A stretch of DNA of 61,555 bases, filler included, from Stramenopiles sp. TOSAG23-6 (taxonomy: Eukaryota), in the NCBI GenBank assembly GCA_900128565.1. It is 2 parts of 2 records of this genome, joined end to end, with 100 filler letters (N's around TTAATTAATTAA, not from the genome) between each part and the next. Parts side by side here need not be neighbours in the genome. Positions count along the whole stretch, not along the records: positions 30,842 to 61,555 come from LT635965.1; 1 more part is not named here. The stretch is one strand, 5' to 3'. Position 1 is the stretch's first letter, and each line of letters starts with the position of its first letter. Shown one piece after another: positions 46,064-57,865 of this stretch. The translations under genes and the position numbers were made by a program. The notes beneath the pieces are model-generated. The model ran no database searches and was not told the origin of the DNA. It saw only the letters and a list, made by a program, of their open reading frames with translations.

Positions 46064-49007
46064 ATGCTTCGAGTTATCCTTCTTTGTATTTGTTTGAAAA
46101 ATGCCAATGGTAATATGAGTATGATGTGGCCTACTGGTGAAGTAAACTTTAATTATGGCAACAACGGGCTCACATCATGGTCATTTTACATTAGAGCTTT
46201 CAATCTTGCCCCAGGTGGTTTTGGGGATGCCGAGTTTGGGTGGGGTCAGTGGTCGAAACCATCATCCACAGATATAAACTTTAATGATGTTTGTGCGATC
46301 AATCCGTTAGGTTTTACTTGTGAGGATGGTGAGAATGGAGGCGCAGGTTGCATCACATATGACCGCGAGTCACTGCCAAATACTCAAACGGCATGTGAAA
46401 AGTCGTGTAAAAATGAAAGTGACGAAGAGAAGAACGGGGTTTCGAACTGCCTAAAGTCCCAATGGACAGACAATTTAAAACAATTTTGTGGTTCAGCTGA
46501 TTATTCTGAACGTGAGAAATGTGAATATTGGATTTGTGGAAATGATAATAAGGGAGGTGTCGTTGGTTCTATTGAGGGAGGAATGGGTTATTGGCCATAT
46601 ACTTTAGAGAAGAAACAGGTAACGTGGATGCTTCCAGGTGCTACAACATCTAATTATGAAATGTTTGCTGGAACATTCCTTGTATGTTTTTTTTCTATTT
46701 CGTGGTTTTGAATGCTTTTTGTGGTGAGGTTCAATTGGACGATTCACTTTTAAAAAAAAAGAATTGTAGAGCAAATTTCATACCTAACAAATTTCGAATT
46801 TGACATATTTTTTCAGAATACTTGCTGATCAAGCACAGCCATGTAATAATTTGGGCGGGGCTGTTCGAATATCAAACCATCTTCTTGTACCAAGTGATAT
46901 GGTGAGCTTTGAAGGTGGTGATGTGATAGATGGATTTTTAGGATATATGCTTGCTGATACACCAATAGGAAAACGTAGTGAAACTGATGATGTGAATAAT
47001 TGGACTATTATCATTGATACTGAAAACTTTTCTGGTCCTGTACTTTACATTTCAAATTGGTTTTGGGAAACACGAGTAAATTGGCATCCTAAATCAAAGA
47101 GTTGGAGTCACCCTAATGCAAAAGTTGGTTACATTGCACGTGGGGCTGAAGGTAAAATTATGGGTAAAATTTCAAATACCATAAAAAACTCAAATGATGA
47201 ATATTGGGCATATACTACACGATGGGGATTACCTAAAGATTCCACAAAAATAAATGAAGAATATACTTCAACAATAATGACTGGGCATTCTCAGTATGAG
47301 GAACCAACTCAAGCAGGTGAGAAAAATTGGATTGAAAACACAATTGAACCAATTCTTAGTGGTAACAAAACAGTAGAAACAATGCCTTCAGATGAAATTT
47401 TAAATAAATCAAAATCTGCTCGAATTCAACCAAAATGTAATCAAGTTGATCGCTCTGGTATTTCAAAGGGTGAAATGCATTTAATACATGAAAACACCAA
47501 AACAACTTTTGTAGGTTTTGGGGTCAATTACGATGATCCATCAGATTCAGATAATAAAACAAATGGATGTCCTATCCGGTATAAGCTTGATAAAACAATA
47601 ATGGATTGTACAACGAGAAGTGATTTATGTCTTGCACCGAAATATCTCACCATCAAAAATACTTCTGGAGAAGCAGAGCATCTTTCCACTGTTAAAAAGG
47701 ATAGTGATGTCCCAACAGATGTGAAGTCACAATTAGAGAAGGAAAATCCGCTTCCAAAAGGTGATTCGCGAGGTCTTCGGAATGCAACAGGGTATTACTA
47801 TGAGCCAGCAAATGAGGAAAAACGATGTTTCAATGATCCTGGTCCATCAGATCAAAAATTATATTGTGTACGAACCAACACAAAAAGTTGGATTGGGTAT
47901 AAATGGTATAAATTTGTTGATCAACCAGAATTAACAAATATTTTTGCATCAATTCCGACACCTGAAGAAAGAAAAAAAGTAAAGGACTTTATGCAAGCTC
48001 GAATTGAAAGACTTCATTCTTATCAAAATTCAGTTAAGGGTGGAGTTCAATGGTTTGATGCACCTGGTCAATTACCTTCGAAAAAAGTAAAGATTGACGA
48101 AAATTTACTAATACAACCACCTGCTGGAATGGAAATTGGATATGTTCCAATTCCTATTTATCAAAAACTTAGAAAAAAGCCGAAAAATTGTGATGTTGTT
48201 ATTGGATCAAAAACAACAGAACCTGATCCATTGCCAAATGATTATTTTTCAAAATATCCTGGACAAACAAGAGATCGAGAAAAATTTACTTGTAAAAATG
48301 ATGCAAACGCAAAGAGTTTGAATCCAGCTAAATTTTATCCCGGTACAATTTTTCCAACTCCACCAAAAGGTACAACAGCTACCGTCCAAGAACGGATTGC
48401 ATATAAATATGAAGTACCTACATTAGGTAGTGATGACGTAATAAAAAAAGATGATACCGGTAGTGATGACGTAATAAAAAAAGATGATACCGGTAGTGAT
48501 GACGTAATAAAAAAAGATGATACCGGTAGTGATGACGTAATAAAAAAAGATGATACCAGTAAAGATGCAGAAAAGGAATTCAATCCAAACGCAAAAATAT
48601 CATTTAGTGCTGACATGACAGTCACATACAATATGGAATATGATCCTAGTGTTAACACTGCAAAACTTAAGAGTGAGATTGTGACTGCAGTTGAAACGGG
48701 AGGTCTACTATCCGTGAAAAATGGTACAAATGGAGTGAATATTTATGATGGTTCTCTCAAAGCAGATTTTACTGTACAGATGACTGCTCCCGAATCAGAG
48801 AAAAGTGAACTTCAGTTGTTGGGAAAAGAAATGGAAGCACTAACAAAAGATCGATTGTTACTGGCGAGGGTCAATAATGGTTTAGTTCCATCTGTTACTG
48901 CACAAAATGTAAGAGTGTCTCCATTGCGTGCTAATGAAACTTCATCGAAAGAATTTAGATCATACGCTAGTTTAAGCTTTTGTATTATTTTAATGTTTAC
49001 CTTCTAA
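46064..49007 (+). CDS. Secreted, possibly GPI-anchored protein of unknown function (2 exons)
   Basis: Signal peptide, W/G/Y-rich body, repeat stalk, hydrophobic C-terminus. Confidence 0.75.
46682..46823 (+). mobile_element. Diverged introner-type intron, GT-TT
   Basis: TT|GTATGT...TACCTAAC...TTCAGAATAC-TT; TT/TT duplication; using the upstream CAG gives TGA after 3 codons. Confidence 0.8.
48426..48557 (+). repeat. 33-bp coding tandem repeat x4 (GSDDVIKKDDT)
   Basis: Four near-exact units. Confidence 0.95.
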
Positions 49008-49241
49008 TATTCAGTAAATATTATGAAGATTTGGACGGTATCCCCAAAGTTTTGTTTTGTGAAATATAGCTAAAAAATGATTCCTCGCGAAAACACGAAA
49101 TCTCAAAAAAATGAGTTCCTTCGAGTCAGTTGACCTTAAACACTAATACCTTGGCACGTCACTGGCTTGATAAACTTCCAAGAAGAAGATAAATCAAAGA
49201 ATAAAGCATTTAAATCAGATTGTAAACACATTTAGTCTAGA

Positions 49242-50660
49242 ATGATTGAAGTTGTGACACCAAATAACAGCGAAGCGTTACTTACGAGCAACACGGAAGA
49301 GAATGTTAAAGTGAACCCTACTACTGAACCAGAAACTCCTAAAACGGTATCATTAACAAAGTCCATATTTGGTTTGTCCAATGTGACAATTGGTGTTGGC
49401 ACTTTGGCTTTTCCATTTTACTTTGCTCAAACTGGTTTGATTTTCGGAATTATTTTACTTGCATTTTTGGGATATTGTGCATACTTTTCCTTGGATCTCT
49501 TGACGCGTGCAAAATTTATTACCGGTAAAAACAATTATGTTGACATCGCCGAAGCTACCTTTGGAAAATTTGGAAAAACGACAACTCAAATATCGATGTT
49601 TCTCCTATGTTTGGGAGGCTGTACAGCTTACCTGCTTTTCATTGGTTTGTTTTTACAGAAAGCTCTTGGTGGTATGCTTAATGATGATGTTGTACTTCCA
49701 TTTTATGCTTCGCAAACCGCCATTGCAGGCTTCTGTCTTTTAACAATGATATTCCCTCTCACGCTCATGAAAGACTTATCTGGTTTGGCTTTTGCGAATA
49801 TGTTTGGTTTATTGGCTATATTGAGTGTTGTATTATTTGTTGTCATTGATTCGATATATAATGCAGCTTCTCCAAACGGTATTATTGCTGGTTCTAGAGG
49901 AATCGAATATTTCACACTTGGTCCTAGTTTTTTCGCAGTACTAGGCGCAACTGGTCTTGGATTTGTAAACCAAACAAGTGTTTACGAAATTTTAGATGAC
50001 TTGGAAAACCCAACAAAAAAGCGTTCATATGATGTAATTAGGTATACAACTTGTATATGTGTTGCATCATATGCCTTGATTGGTATTTTTGGATATTTAC
50101 GTTTTGGAACTGAAATGAAAGAAATCATTCTCAACACTTACTCGGGTAGTATCCCACTGATAATGGTTCAGGTTCTTTTCAGCGTTTCGTTAATATTGAG
50201 TTTACCTATGCTTTTTTTTCCATGTCGCGCTTCATTACACTCAATATTGAGTGATTATGTTTTGACACCAACTCAAATCAAATCCAAAATTATTTTCTAC
50301 ATTGAAACGATCACCTTATTGGCTATCCAGTTTACTTTGTCACAGACTGTGCCTGGAGCAATGGATGTGTTTGGTCTTACTGGAGGTGTCACAGGATCAA
50401 TGATTATTTATATTCTGCCTGCATGTTTCATGTGGAAGTTACTTCATACCGAAAAAGAGAAAAATGCTGACATTGTCACGAAAGAAATTGTTGTATCTGG
50501 ACAGGCAGTAAAAACAGTGAATGATATCGAAGGCGCTGTAATCCCTTCTGTTTCTAATACGTTCTTATTGATTTCGTGTGGTATGATGATTTTTATTGGT
50601 ACCTTGATCATGATAACATCGGCGATAGGTGTAATCTATCCTTCTGCTTTGAAATTTTAG
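49242..50660 (+). CDS. AAAP/SLC38-type amino acid transporter
   Basis: SIFGLSNVTIGVGTLAFP, GIFGYLRFG, multiple TM helices. Confidence 0.9.
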   Translation: MIEVVTPNNSEALLTSNTEENVKVNPTTEPETPKTVSLTKSIFGLSNVTIGVGTLAFPFYFAQTGLIFGIILLAFLGYCAYFSLDLLTRAKFITGKNNYVDIAEATFGKFGKTTTQISMFLLCLGGCTAYLLFIGLFLQKALGGMLNDDVVLPFYASQTAIAGFCLLTMIFPLTLMKDLSGLAFANMFGLLAILSVVLFVVIDSIYNAASPNGIIAGSRGIEYFTLGPSFFAVLGATGLGFVNQTSVYEILDDLENPTKKRSYDVIRYTTCICVASYALIGIFGYLRFGTEMKEIILNTYSGSIPLIMVQVLFSVSLILSLPMLFFPCRASLHSILSDYVLTPTQIKSKIIFYIETITLLAIQFTLSQTVPGAMDVFGLTGGVTGSMIIYILPACFMWKLLHTEKEKNADIVTKEIVVSGQAVKTVNDIEGAVIPSVSNTFLLISCGMMIFIGTLIMITSAIGVIYPSALKF

Positions 50661-50972
50661 TGATGATTGTCGTAATTTACCCTTTTGTTTAATATTTAAA
50701 TCGATTTATTTCATATGAGGGAATTGGTATTATATTTTATGAAAAAAATATTTATTCTTAAAGAAAGTGTTCAAAACAAATGTTTTTGTTAGGTATAAAG
50801 TTGTCTGGGAAAAAATAAATTTTGAATAATTTCAAATTATTATATATTATTTTACTTGTTTGAACACTCTAGCTAGAGACGTAGGTGCTATTACATGTAT
50901 AGGAAACTGAGTAGAAAAACAATTTCAAATTATTATATTGTTTTATTTGTTTGAATAGGGTACTACTGAATA

Positions 50973-51599
50973 TCACCGAGAAGTTCCCAATAAGTTTGAT
51001 TGAGTACCATCAAAGCACCCCGCGTATTGTTTATTTGGAAGACCAAGACAATTCCAACAGATATATTTAGGAGGACAAGGGAATCTCGTTCCACCACCTT
51101 CATTACAAGTACCGGTAATAAATTCAGGACAGTTACTAGTTAACTTACATGCATAATGCTTACATAAATCTACAAGATGAGCCGGAGCGTTATGACAAAG
51201 TGCCGAGTAGTGCCATTTCCAATTCCATCGAAAGCTATTCCGCACAATGAGGTCACATATAGAACATTTTTCGCCTCCAAATATTGACATGATGTTTTTA
51301 GGTTCTTTCATAGAAATTACAGGACACTCACTTGGAACTAAATCATTGGGAGAAAACTTACGGTTGAAATATTTAGTCATTTCTGCATTGAGTTTTCTAG
51401 ATAATGGTGGGGGTTGTCCTCTTACGTCTGGCGTTTTATCATATGTTTCAGTGGAAGAGGGTAACGGTGAAAGCATCATCATTTGGGGAGGCTGTGTTTC
51501 AAGGGAATGTTCAACATTGACAGACACTGCGTCGACAAATTTTCTAACTGAGAGTGATAAAATAATACTAATCTTTAAGATCAATGTATTTCCTATCAT
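50973..51599 (-). CDS. Secreted Cys-rich protein, possibly saposin-like
   Basis: Signal-like N-terminus; CSICDLIV..LC..DLC..PKYIC spacing. Confidence 0.6.
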   Translation of the reverse strand: MIGNTLILKISIILSLSVRKFVDAVSVNVEHSLETQPPQMMMLSPLPSSTETYDKTPDVRGQPPPLSRKLNAEMTKYFNRKFSPNDLVPSECPVISMKEPKNIMSIFGGEKCSICDLIVRNSFRWNWKWHYSALCHNAPAHLVDLCKHYACKLTSNCPEFITGTCNEGGGTRFPCPPKYICWNCLGLPNKQYAGCFDGTQSNLLGTSR

Positions 51600-51842
51600 T
51601 GCAAACAACAACGTAGTCTTGTATATTCTTTTTTCGAAGTAATTGTACGGCTGATCTTTTTTTCCTACTACGTATTTGCGGTCTACAAAAGTACTGGAGT
51701 TCTAGTGTCCGCTCCTACAAAGAATCGAATTTATTAATTTAATTACGATTTCGACGGTTGAAATTTGCGTTGAAATTAAAACGTATTCTTTTCTTAAGAT
51801 ACTATATACTATACAATACCTACGTATATCACTACAGTACCT

Positions 51843-51909
51843 ATAGCTAGTAATACAGTACCTAACTAGTAATAGCTAGTAATACAGTACCTAACTAGTA
51901 ATAGCTAGT
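51843..51909. repeat. 29-bp tandem repeat x2.3 in a divergent intergenic region
   Basis: atagctagtaatacagtacctaactagta repeated. Confidence 0.9.
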
Positions 51910-52026
51910 GCTACGCTATTCCGAATATTGAGAAAGAAGTCGGTATTACTTTTCGATATCTCTATTAAATTTAAATATGCTTTATAATTTCAAACTAGGA
52001 TGTTAGGGGAGTGAGATAAATTCAAA

Positions 52027-54611
52027 ATGGTTACTTCAGAAAATACGTCAAGTGGTGCATTTGCAACGAAAACATTTTCAGCAACGATTGAAAGTGTAAA
52101 CACAAGATTTAAAACGGACCAAAATAAACGTATAGTTCAACTTCAACATCGCTCCAAAGCGATATCGACAGATGTAGAAAAAATGCGTCACGTGAAACTG
52201 AAAGAACGGGAAATATCATTTAAAAAAAAGGATAAGCTAGTTTGTTTACAACAAAAATATAGTGAATATCGCAGGCAACTAGAAAAAAAAGACAGTTCTA
52301 TTAGAAGACTTAAACAGCAGATAGCAACCGTCAATGCAAAAATTCAGCAACATCAATCGAACCACGAGCTTTATAGTAGCAAGTCACACAGTTCACAGAG
52401 TAGCTTATATGGAAACGTACGAAATGATCTGTATAGAATTAAAAGCAATGTAAGCCAAGAGAGAACTACTCAGTCTGATTTACTTGACAATTTGAAAATA
52501 TCAGATGAAGAGCGCGTGAAACTTCAAACAATGTCTTTACAGGTATATTCATCTTTTTTAGATGATAAAAAAAAGAAAATGAAGCAGGACATTATAATTG
52601 ATTCTTTACTAGATGAATGTATAGAATTAGAAAAAGATATCAAAAAAGTTTCAGAAAAAAAAATTAAATTGCTAGAAAAAAAACACATTCTTTCAAATTT
52701 ATTTTCGATATTAACTGATAAAGCAGAAGCATTTACACATAGTTCAAAAAACTTAATGAATAGTCGAGTTAAAGATGTTGAAATAGGTAAAGAAAAACTT
52801 CAGAAATCAAGACTAATATGTTTTATTTTTTTTCAAATTCGAATTTTTTTTTCATACGTAATTTCGTACCTAACGATTTTTTTTTGAAATATTTTTCCAA
52901 AATACAAGTATACGTAGAAATGAAACATTTTGCAAATATGTTAAAGAATGCAAAAAGTCCAACTATGAAGGAAATACGACATAAACGTAATATCATAACT
53001 GAATATAAACAAAAATTGTTTAATTGTAAGCAACATAATGCTGTATTGTATGACATTTTGTTGAAGCAAACTAATAATAGAAAAAGTGATTATACTAATT
53101 GTACAGAAAAATCAAATTCATTGGATACTCAGCAGTTAGAATGTGTAACCCTAACCACTAAAAAGAATATACAGGTAGAAAAAGGAAAATTAGAAAATTG
53201 TGTTTCACAATTTGAAGCAACAAAGAAAACACTTGTAGAGGCACGTTTTTTAGCTAGCAAATTATGTACAAAATTAGATATCAAAACAAGTCGTGTGGAA
53301 CGAATTGATGGGCAAATAAAGAAATCATGTAGTCGTAAGGAACATTTAGAAACAAAAATAAAATCAACCATAGAAAACACATTACATTACAGAAAGAAAC
53401 ACAAAAATTTAAAAAAGAAATTTTTATTAGATTATAAGCAATGTGAAAAACTGCAGTCAATTATTGATGCTGCAAAATATCGTATTAAAAATGTTGAGTC
53501 TACTATAACACAGAGAATGATATCCTTACAATGTAAAACACAAAATGTAATGAAGGTAAAGCGCAACAATTCACAGAAATCAAAATTGTTAGACAATTCT
53601 AAAGAAAGTAATTTAATGATCAGTAAGAAAAAATTAAATTTAAAAAGTAAAATAAAACAATATGAAGAACTGGAATCATATGCACTGACGAACCACACAA
53701 AGTTTTCATTGCGTTTGGATGAAATGAAGGAAACAATATCAAAGTTATACAAAAGTACGGAAAGTTATACAGATATATTGCAACGCAAGGTAAATCGCGC
53801 TTCCGATATAAATTGTCAAATAAAGCAGTGCAAACTTGAACAATACAACTGTTTGGAAATTTATAAAATACGAAAAACACTATGTGAAGCTTTAGTTGGC
53901 CAGCATTTGAAGTGCAAAGAAAGTCAAAGAGTTACTTTAGAAAAAATGAATACATCTTTGAATACCTACCAAAGAGAATTGCAAAAGTTGAAAGAAAAAA
54001 CAGTTTCATTCGGTGTAAAGCTTCAATATGTAAATGTATCAAAACAGAATTGTGATAAAATTCGTAGATTATCTCAAACATGTATGAGAGAGGCCCAAAA
54101 AAATCATTTTGCAGTATTAAAAGAATCATCTAGCACTATGACACCCGCATCGTTGGAATCGAATATTGCTCGTTGTGACAATAAAAATTCTACAATTGAT
54201 AAAAATTATGTTTTATTAATACAAACACTAAGAAAAAGAGAGGAAAGTTCCATTTTAACAAATACGTTTCTAAAGAAAAATATACAAAACAATGAGAAAA
54301 TGAGACATCGGTTGGGTCAAGTACAAATAATAAAAAAGAAATTGTTGGAGGATTGTGGAAATTCAACAATTGAATGGCAAAATAAAATATCAAAAATGAA
54401 GATAAAAACTCTAAAGATTAAATCACAAATTGGCCGTATAAAGTCCAGAGAATCTAACTTAAAGAAAATGCTCGATGAGGAAAATCAAATTTCAAAACAT
54501 TTAGAGTTTTTCGCAAAAAAATGGAAAAAAAAAGAAAAAGCAATTCTAAGAAAACTTGAAATACTTGAAAATAGTACCACTCCTAACCCTAGTAGTAACG
54601 TCTACCCGTGA
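52027..54611 (+). CDS. Lys-rich coiled-coil protein (2 exons), function unknown
   Basis: ORFs 52027 and 52818 join in frame on removal of 52816-52907. Confidence 0.75.
52816..52907 (+). mobile_element. Introner-type intron, AT-AA
   Basis: TA|ATATGT...CCAAAATAC-AA|GTA; removing 92 nt joins the two long ORFs. Confidence 0.75.
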
Positions 54612-54777
54612 TAGTACAAAAACCCTAACCCTAATTCTGGGTTCTACACTTTAAAAAAATTGTAACTACAAATTTTCAAAACTTTATTATAAATTGTATA
54701 ATTTTATAATTTCATTACTAAAGACGATTTTCACTCTTAAATATATTGTACTATTCATTATACTATAAGTAGTATTT

Positions 54778-56016
54778 CTACTTCATTTCAATACCAACAT
54801 GGATCAGGTTTGTTCCTAAAAAAGTATTTGTAGTCGTCGAAATATTATCCCCGGATCCAACTTTAACAATAGCTCCTTGAAGCAAACCATTAGGGTTAGG
54901 GTTACTATCATCATTTTTTCCCCCCCCACTATCAGAGTTTACTCCTGATGTCTCATTAATTATAGACTCTAATTCTTTGAGAAGATGTGAATCAGCAAAT
55001 AATATATTTCGTGACATGTTCTTTTTGTGGGAAATATTATTTTTTATAGTATTTTCCTCACAAGTACTATTAAGTTGTGCAGATGTCATGGAGGCTTCTA
55101 AAGCAGCAAGGGTTAGTTTTGCATCAGGAATTGGGCTAGGTAGGACAATAGATGCACCTGTCGTTAAAGCAGAAATAAAACCAAAACCCATACCAAATGA
55201 ATGGTTCAAAGGCACTGAAAGACAAATAACATCGTCCGGTGTTAAATCTAGTGAATTGGCAGCTTTTTGTCCCATGTGTTGAAGAGCTTCCTGACTAAAA
55301 CCATGAGAAAAATTATAAAATGCCATCGTACTCTGTCGAGAACCGCGACCTCCCATCATCCATACACCACTATTTTGGCAATCATGAAAATCCCATACTT
55401 GTTCAGCTCCTTGAGCTACATTATTATCAACTTCAACTTCTGGCTGTTGTTCTCGTGGGAGATCGCCAAGAGCATGAGCTTTCCCTTTCACTCCCCACGC
55501 ACCATGTACCACTACTGTTGGTGCCTGAGCACCTGCTGAAACAGCAATATCTTTAGCAACGTGAGAATCTTCTATCGATACCACGACACCTTTGCACCTA
55601 CTACCCCAAGTATCAAAACACTTCCGTAGGCCACATTCGTCTTTTACTGTTGCTATAGCTACACCTATTTGGGCAGCGGCAAGTTGAGTCAAAATATTCT
55701 CAACACAATTTGGAAGCCACATAACCAATACATCACCTTCTACTAAATCCATTTCATCCTCCATTATCGATGATAACGCAGATGAGCGTTCAAAAACGTC
55801 CGTGAATGAAAGAGTTTCTTGCTGATGATGACTTGTCAAGAATGAGGACTGATCCAACTCGCTGGAAACACGCCATACTGTCTGAGCAAGAGGTTCTGTT
55901 TCAAGACAAGGATTTGGAATCCACGACGTCATTGACCTGTAAAATGGACGATATCTATACTGTGGTAATCTCTTCGAACATTGAGCCAAATGGCTCAACA
56001 TAATTCGAAAAGACAT
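54778..56016 (-). CDS. Truncated AMP-binding (acyl-CoA synthetase-like) protein, likely organelle-targeted
   Basis: GDVLVMWLPNCVE..QLAAAQIG, DDVICLSVPLNHSFGM..GASIVLP; no TSGTTG P-loop and no C-terminal domain. Confidence 0.7.
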   Translation of the reverse strand: MSFRIMLSHLAQCSKRLPQYRYRPFYRSMTSWIPNPCLETEPLAQTVWRVSSELDQSSFLTSHHQQETLSFTDVFERSSALSSIMEDEMDLVEGDVLVMWLPNCVENILTQLAAAQIGVAIATVKDECGLRKCFDTWGSRCKGVVVSIEDSHVAKDIAVSAGAQAPTVVVHGAWGVKGKAHALGDLPREQQPEVEVDNNVAQGAEQVWDFHDCQNSGVWMMGGRGSRQSTMAFYNFSHGFSQEALQHMGQKAANSLDLTPDDVICLSVPLNHSFGMGFGFISALTTGASIVLPSPIPDAKLTLAALEASMTSAQLNSTCEENTIKNNISHKKNMSRNILFADSHLLKELESIINETSGVNSDSGGGKNDDSNPNPNGLLQGAIVKVGSGDNISTTTNTFLGTNLIHVGIEMK

Positions 56017-56302
56017 TGTATGTGTTCCTACGGACCTATTTACCTACTAACTTCGCGTGTTTTTAAGAGAACTATGAACACACATGTCGATGTACGACTT
56101 GGCCAAAATTGCCAAAAAAAAAAAAAATTCCCTAGGCTAGGGTTGGGGGTTAGGGTTAATTACATCCGTTATTTATCGGCAAAATAAAGATACTAAAAAA
56201 TGGAGACTATATCATATTGTATATTGATACACAAAGGATACGCGTATAAAATTAAAAAATATATTTTGTGTGTGCTTAATTTTCGCAAATTCATATTATT
56301 AA

Positions 56303-57643
56303 ATGGGCTTTATTTCATTTTTAAAGGAGACCTTTGGAACAGTTGGTGGCTCGGCTTTAATCTCAATTATTCCAGCCACAGCAATGTTGATAGGTTATTT
56401 CGTTGAGTTAGGTATCAATCCTGGAAATTCAACGCACGCAGCTATCCAGAATTTTTCTGCTGGACTTATTATTGCTAGTGTATCAATTGAATTGTTTCCT
56501 CTTTTAGAATTAGAAGTCAGGAAGAAATTCGACAATGAAATTGCTTCGATTATAGGTTTTGGGTTGGGAATATTTTTTATGGTTGCTATAGACCAGTTTG
56601 TTCGCCTCAGTAGAGAAGTCACTAAAATTACACCCGTCACAGATGTTGAACACGCAAGCAAAAAAAACAATTCTCCCGATCGAGACTACGAAACAGATAC
56701 TCCTTTACTACTTGAACATTTTCAATCAAAATATTATTCAAAAGTAGAATGTAAATACAAACTCATGGAACAATTCAAGAAAACTTCTCAATTCATAAAA
56801 AACGTTGACCTGGAGGACCGCACAAGTATATCAGAAAATACCTCCCTTATAAATATAGCGTTACAGTACACTCGTCGTAGTCTCGACGAACATAACGGAA
56901 AATATAAGTTAGCCGCTAGTGATATTAACATTATGCGACATTTATTCAACGAAATTTCTAAACATATTACGAAATTAGAACAAAACGTTATGCAAATAGA
57001 CTCAAAAGCTGGAGTCTTGGCAATACCTGAAAAATCTCATATAAACAAAGCATTAGATGATATTGAAAAACTGATCGATAAATTACAAGCTCATGTACAC
57101 CCATCTGCTTCACGAGCGAGGAGGTGGTTTAAACCTGTCATAATTACAAAAACTGATTCTCATTTAGAAGCTATAAATTGGGATTTTATACTTGGTGTTT
57201 GTGTGGATGCATCTGTTGATGGATTTCTATGTTCTTTCGTATTTGTAGAAAAAGAAAAAAATGGACTAACTATGGCGATAACAACTTGTTTAGAAATGGC
57301 TTTCCTTGCAATAACATTTGCTACATATATACGAAATGGAACCAAAAGTGTGGCAAAAATTATTTCGATTTGTTCTTTACCTCCTCTTTTTCTCATACTT
57401 TTTGGTATACTCGGAGCATACCTAGGAACCGTTACCTCATCGCATACTCCTTTATTTCAAGGATTAATCTCGTTCCATATAATGACACTTTTATATTTAG
57501 TGACCCAAGAATTACTTATTGAAGCACACATGACTGAACTAGGAGAAAATACACATATCAATGCATTTATTTTTTTAGGAATGATATTTGCAGTAATTGT
57601 TGACCGATGTCTCTTTTATGAATTCGGGTTTGACTTTAAATAA
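56303..57643 (+). CDS. ZIP (ZupT/GufA-like) metal transporter
   Basis: 3 TM + long loop + 5 TM; NFSAGLIIASVSIELFP, VDASVDG, LLYLVTQELLIEAH. Confidence 0.75.
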   Translation: MGFISFLKETFGTVGGSALISIIPATAMLIGYFVELGINPGNSTHAAIQNFSAGLIIASVSIELFPLLELEVRKKFDNEIASIIGFGLGIFFMVAIDQFVRLSREVTKITPVTDVEHASKKNNSPDRDYETDTPLLLEHFQSKYYSKVECKYKLMEQFKKTSQFIKNVDLEDRTSISENTSLINIALQYTRRSLDEHNGKYKLAASDINIMRHLFNEISKHITKLEQNVMQIDSKAGVLAIPEKSHINKALDDIEKLIDKLQAHVHPSASRARRWFKPVIITKTDSHLEAINWDFILGVCVDASVDGFLCSFVFVEKEKNGLTMAITTCLEMAFLAITFATYIRNGTKSVAKIISICSLPPLFLILFGILGAYLGTVTSSHTPLFQGLISFHIMTLLYLVTQELLIEAHMTELGENTHINAFIFLGMIFAVIVDRCLFYEFGFDFK

Positions 57644-57865
57644 TTCCGGGAAATCTGATTGTTGATCTCAATTATCCAAATTAAGTGTTAATGAATATTA
57701 ACAAACTCTACGGTAGTATATTCCAGTGAATCTCTGTATTGATTTCCTATAGTCACAAATCACTTCAAAGCGATGCTACTTTAAAAAAATAATTTTCTAG
57801 TAGAGAAATATATAAAATACATCTTATACGATTGATTCTTTATTCTCTCAAATACTTTCAAAGAA

